Shown here: piece after piece, positions 58,404 to 64,000 of the stretch
Position numbering within the stretch: the stretch's first letter is position 1
Layout: every line of letters begins with the position of its first letter
Source of the DNA: the human T2T-CHM13v2.0 reference genome, Homo sapiens
Strand: one strand, 5' to 3'
Assembly: GCF_009914755.1 (NCBI RefSeq)
Contig: NC_060937.1
Length of the DNA stretch: 64,000 bases
The notes under the pieces: model-generated
The model's database searches: none
What the model saw: the letters and a program-made list of their open reading frames with translations, nothing else
Told to the model about the DNA's origin: nothing
Made by a program: the position numbers and the translations under genes

Positions 58404-59636
58404 GTTTGTGTGTTTCTGCCTGGATTTCAGGCAAATTTAAAGGTGTAAATTATTTAATTTAAAAGTATGTGTTGTTATTTCCAGTAACCCAAAAAGTTCC
58501 CTCCCTGATTCAGTTTTTACTCCCTGGATGAAGTGTGCAAGCCTAACTAATCATTTTACTTTATCTCTCTCATAAACTAAAGGGCAGGTTTGTAAAATAC
58601 TTCTAACAAGACTTCTTAGTTTGATTTAATAATTAATTACATCTTCTAACTCAGAGATTCATTTGAACTCTAGTGACTAACTTCATGGTTAAATAATTTT
58701 CTTCATTATTACAAAAAGGAACCCATCATTGTGAAAGTTTAAGTTTTTTGTCATAATTCATCCTGGAGAATGATTTCTATTCCAGGGTCCCTCTGGTTTT
58801 AAGAATACCACAGTCTTACAAATGATTATTAATTTAGTTTCTTGTTCATTTTTGAAATAGGTATAATTTTTTGACTCTTCTTATGAAAAATTCCAAATTT
58901 CATCTACTTTTGCATTTATATTGGTAAATATGGCTTGTTTTAATGTGCAGTGCTTAGGGACAAATACCATATCTAATGTAATGACATAATACTGTGAAAG
59001 ATGTGTTTAAATTTAGAGAATTTGAAGGAATTAAGTAGCGTTTAAAATCAGCAGTTCCAGTGGAGGAAGATAATAATAGGATTCCATGTTATCAGGATTA
59101 TAATTGAAATATTGTATTAGTTAACTAGGCAGTAGTAGTACTAGATCTTAATTTTGCAAAAGCTCTTATAAAATCAAAACAGTAAGTACTGCTCTTTTGT
59201 TTGTTCATTGTCTTGAACATTGTGGGTTGAAGCTTTCCTGGAGGACTTGGGATTGCAAGGGTAGGTCCAGATATGTGAATGTCTCTCTTCTACATGTTGA
59301 TAAAATGTTTTTGGTGGGTCTAAGGAGGAAGACACCTTGACATATTTAATTAACAGGAAAGTTTCTGGCAACTTGAAGTTTATATAGATTTTAGTAATTT
59401 GTGCTAAGGTTTCTCTTTTGACCTGCATCACTACACTCTCTTTCAGGGTGCCACTTAGTTGTTAGCTATATTATTTTCCTGTTAAAATTTCATGTTAGAA
59501 ATTTAGGGCTTTAATATATTTGCTATTCTTACAGATTATGTATTCTTTTAGATAGAAATTTACTGCTCCTCCCTGTTTTTATATTTGTTTTTGGAATTCA
59601 ACTTCTGATATGAATATTTTTTTCCCTAAACATAAG

Positions 59637-59806
59637 GCTTTGGCAGCTCAAGTACATCTGGGTTTAACTTCAGCAATCCTGGCATCACGGCATCAGCTGG
59701 TTTGACTTTTGGGGTGTCCAATCCTGCCTCTGCAGGTTTTGGAACAGGAGGACAACTCCTTCAGTTGAAGAAACCTCCAGCTGGAAACAAAAGAGGAAAA
59801 AGATAA
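59637..59806 (+). CDS. NUP58: NUP58 exon 16 coding part (GFGSSSTSGFNFS...KKPPAGNKRGKR*), 170 nt
   Basis: cataag|GC ... AGA TAA; summed CDS is 1800 nt, 599 aa. Confidence 0.97.
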
Positions 59807-60312
59807 ACATGGGTTGATGTGTTGAGAGAATCCATAGCAGCACCGTTCATTCTATGAGTCTATTTTTCTAATGATGCAGTAATTAAATTGCATCCCAGGA
59901 GATTTATAAAGTTTTGATATTTTTCCCTACTCTGGAATTTGAACTTTCTTCATGTTTGCCATACTGAACATCTTTTTTCTTGTGGAATTTAAAGTCCAGC
60001 TGTGTTTTCTTTTTAATTTGATTCTCAGTGTAAGAAATGTTCTGATTACATCACTGATTGGTAATGGTTAGAAACCATTAACCTAAAACTTACTATTTAA
60101 CCTAGTGTTTTTGTTGATGAGGTTTACATTATGTGAATACATGCACATTTGTTTCTTATACAGGTGGTGTGAACTCTAGGGCCTATACTAGAATCAATTT
60201 GTTCCTTGTTAAAGGCCTTTTGAATTATACTGCAGGGCATCTTGTGAATATGTATGTAAATATATACAGAATAATACACACAGTTGTGTGTGCATATAAA
60301 ATACATATTTAC

Positions 60313-60615
<303 letters not shown>

Positions 60616-62059
60616 ATATATTTACAGGCCTACAACTTTTGCCTCAGACTGTTCCCCTTTTCTAAGGGTATTCAAGTTTTCACCTTTTAAGCTTCATATC
60701 CTCAGTGCTTGTAGAATGATGAGCTTAGAGGTACCAGGTCATTGCAGTTGTTTGCTTAAAGACTTATTGAAATGGTTACTGGCGTAAATACTTGGCCAAC
60801 TCAACTTTATTGCCCCTGATCTTTTCCATTTTTGTTTCCACCTTAACCTATAGCAGCTCCTCCAAATGAGGAATGCTGTAAGTAAGACTCATCAAACAGA
60901 TTTTAACCATTTTATTATCCTGTGTGTCCTTACATTGCTTCTGTGAGATGTTTTTTTCTTATCTGAGATGAACTTTCAGGAGCCTATTTGAACTCCAGAC
61001 TGGTGTTCTGGGGCAAAGAGCTATTAGCCAAACTGATTCTATGCAGGTGAAGGATGCACTAAAGTTCTCACTTTAGTGAGAACTTTTCTAGCTATTCCAA
61101 TACAGAGTTCTTTCTTATAGGGCTATTGATATTGACACCAAATGGAGTGGCTTCTCAGCCTCTTAATGTCTTAAGTAAGTGCTTAATTTGGAATAGAGAA
61201 ACCAGTATATTTTAAAAAAGAAAAATATTCTTTGTAGCAACTGTAAATTCTCCCATTATAACAGTGAACAGAGCTCCAGGTAATAACGCATAGGCATGTC
61301 AGGTTGCATCTGTATATTTGACTACATTAGTATTAGTGACATCAGGTGGATATAAAAGAAAACCCTTGGAAAGAGAACTGCCTTAGCCATGATTTCGTTA
61401 GTAGACCTATTTATGATTCAATTGCAATTTTCAGATAGGATGTGAACATGGAATTTCATTGAAAATAGTTTAATTTTTTATATAAAAGGTTTTGTATATA
61501 ATGTGTGTCAGTGACTATTTTCAAAATCATTTTCATCAAGACACCTTTTTTCTAAAATAGGCATTGCATACACATATGCACACGTATGTGCACGTGCCAC
61601 ACATTTTTTGTATAATGTTGGGTTTGATTATAAAAGTGTTGTCAAATGTTTTATTTATCTGCATATAGCAGTGGTTGGCTTTTTTGAATTGAAATTTTTG
61701 CGCATTGATGCATTGAAATAAGGAAAATTATTTATCTCTGAGCACTAAACTTATTTTTGCATATTTCTGTAATATTGCAGTCCCCAGATCCAGAACATGG
61801 GAAGTTAGGGAAAATGTGTGATTTTGTGTTTTGAATTACTGTCAGAATTACATACACAATTACAACAAACTTTTTTTAAAAGACATTTCATTGTACTGCA
61901 AAAATCTGAATATTTATATTTCTTGTTTTTTTCTTTATATGTTTTGCATTTTAATATGTTGAGCCACTGGAAATTTGTAACAGATTAATTTGTTATAGGA
62001 GTTTAAATGTGTTGTCATTGTCTCCATTGTCTTTGTCCAGAGCCTATTATTATGGAAAC

Positions 62060-62065
62060 AATAAA
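62060..62065 (+). terminator. NUP58: Polyadenylation signal of NUP58
   Basis: AATAAA followed by GU/U-rich ttgtgtcagttgctttgattcttt. Confidence 0.75.
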
Positions 62066-62689
62066 ATTTATTGTGTCAGTTGCTTTGATTCTTTATAGGT
62101 GTCAGTAGCTGTTCTTAATATGTAATTTTATTATTGCTCTTTTAGTCTCCGGTTGGGTTTTAGTATATTCCCTTCATTGGTTTATACATCTTGCTCTTTT
62201 TTAAACAGAAGAGTGAACATAAGATAGTAAATTATTTCTCACTTGCTTTTGTCTTCTCAAAATGACAAAAACAGTGAACATTTTTAGTTATAAAGAATAA
62301 TATTGAGTAAAAAAGGAAAAATCCCTTTGAACTTTTGGGCCCTAATTCCCTTCCATTTCCTAGTGTGCAGTCTGATGGTTTGATATGTATCCTTGTAGAC
62401 CCTTTTAAATATGTCTTAAAAGAATATATAAATGTTACTTCTCTTTTCTTTTTCTTTTATATTCTCTCTGATTTTTTATCACATTTTATTCTCTTGGATC
62501 CCTCTTTACTTTTTTAACAAATAGGTTAAAAAGTTTGTGTTCTGGACTTGTTCTTTTTCCCTTCTATTAGTATATCATCAGCATCTTTCTGTGTCTATAT
62601 AGATTTACTTTTTACATACTGTCCCATAGAATGGGTGTACAATGATCTGTTTCAACTACTGTGTGGTTTTTTTAGGAAATGTAATTTTT

Positions 62690-63470
62690 TAAAATTTTTT
62701 TTATTTCCATAGATTATTGGTGAACAGGTGGTATTTGGTTGCATGAGTAAGTTCTTTAGTGGTGATTTGTGAGATTTTGGTACACCCATCACCTGAGCAG
62801 TAGGCGCTGACCCAGTTTGTAGCCTTTTATCCCTCACCCTCTTCCCACCCCTTCCCCTCTTAAGTTCCCATAGTCCATTGTATCATTCTTAATGCCTTTG
62901 TATCCTCATAGCTTAGCTCCCACTTAGAGAACATAGGATGTTTGGTTTTCCATTCCTGAGTTTCTTCTCTTTTTTTAAATTTTTATTTATTTATTTAAAT
63001 TTATTATTATTATACTTTAAGTTTTAGGGTACATGTGCACAATGTGCAGGTTAGTTACATATGTATACATGTGCAGTTTCTTCTCAGAGTAATAGTCTCC
63101 CAATCCCATCCAGGCTGCAAATGCCATTAATTCATTCCTTTTTTTTTTTTTGAGATGGAGTTTCACTCTTGTCGCCCAGGCTGATGCCATCTCGGCTCAC
63201 TGCAGCCTCTGCCTCCTGGGTTCAAGCAGTTCTCCCTCAGCCTCCGGAGTAGCTGGGATTGCAGGCATGATTACGCCTGGCTAATTTTTGTATTTTTAGT
63301 AGAGATTTAAGTAGAGATGTATTTTACCATGTTGGCCAGCCTGGTCTCAAACTCCTGACCTCAGGTAATCTGCCCGCCTCGGCCTCCCAAAGTGCTGAGA
63401 TTATAGGCGTGAGCTACCATGCCCAGCCAATTCATCCATTCCTTTTTAGTGGCTGTGTAGTATTCCACAT
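62690..63470 (-). mobile_element. L1PB-like 3' end with a nested short young L1 (62970-63074) and an Alu (63139-63428)
   Basis: gaacaggtggtatttggttgcatgagtaagttctttagtggtgatttgtgagattttggtacacccatcacc; the host L1 resumes after each insert. Confidence 0.85.
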
Positions 63471-63542
63471 ATATATGTATATATATATATATATATACAC
63501 ATATATATATACGCACACACACACATACATACACACACACAC
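63469..63542. repeat. (TA)n/(CA)n microsatellite
   Basis: Directly visible. Confidence 0.93.
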
Positions 63543-64000
63543 CCCACACCAACTATTCTCTGGATGGTTAGGTTCATTTGACTATTTCAGTTTCTTCGGG
63601 GTTGATTCTGGAAATAAATTGCTGAAAAGTCATATAAATTGTGTGTTTTAATGTCACATTGCCTTCCCAAAATGCTATACAAATATATACTCCTACCAGC
63701 ATGTATATCCATTTCCTAGTATTCTTTGTGATCCCAGTTAATTGTAATCCTAATTATAAGTCTTTGTGAGGTCAACCTTTTTAATATGTATCAGCTATTT
63801 GTATGTTAATGTAATTGCTTATTATATCCTTTGGCAATTTTTATACCAAATTAGGGTTTTTTCTTAATGATTTGTAGGACCTCTGTAGATAATAGGTATT
63901 AATATTTTTCCTGAGAGATATGTCTAGTCAGCTGTGTTCAGAATCCCGCCTTGACCATGTGTGATTTTAAGCAAGTTATGTAACTTCTAGACTTCAGCTT

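Overview
This is primate genomic DNA, almost certainly human (chr13q12 by recalled gene neighbourhood), rich in Alu, L1, L2 and MIR repeats. It holds two divergently transcribed housekeeping genes. On the minus strand is exon 1 of MTMR6 (MEHIRTTK, ATG at 6931). On the plus strand is the complete 16-exon nucleoporin gene NUP58/NUPL1 (ATG 21467, TAA ending 59806). Manual splicing with GT-AG introns gives 1800 nt, or 599 aa plus stop. Almost all listed ORFs are Alu or low-complexity noise. I found no evidence of a new multi-gene system. The most interesting signals sit in NUP58 intron 13. It is a 5.4 kb Alu-free segment that looks like an alternative 3' end: read-through stop giving a 485-aa Nup45-type protein, two cryptic terminal-exon acceptors, a triple AATAAA, and an unexplained 70-nt near-perfect hairpin. 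Other items are an apparent Gly192Glu change at the first base of exon 6, symmetric phase-1 FG cassette exons, uORFs in both genes, CTCF motifs, recent tandem duplications and a templated-inversion scar. Repeat boundaries and subfamily calls are by eye and approximate.
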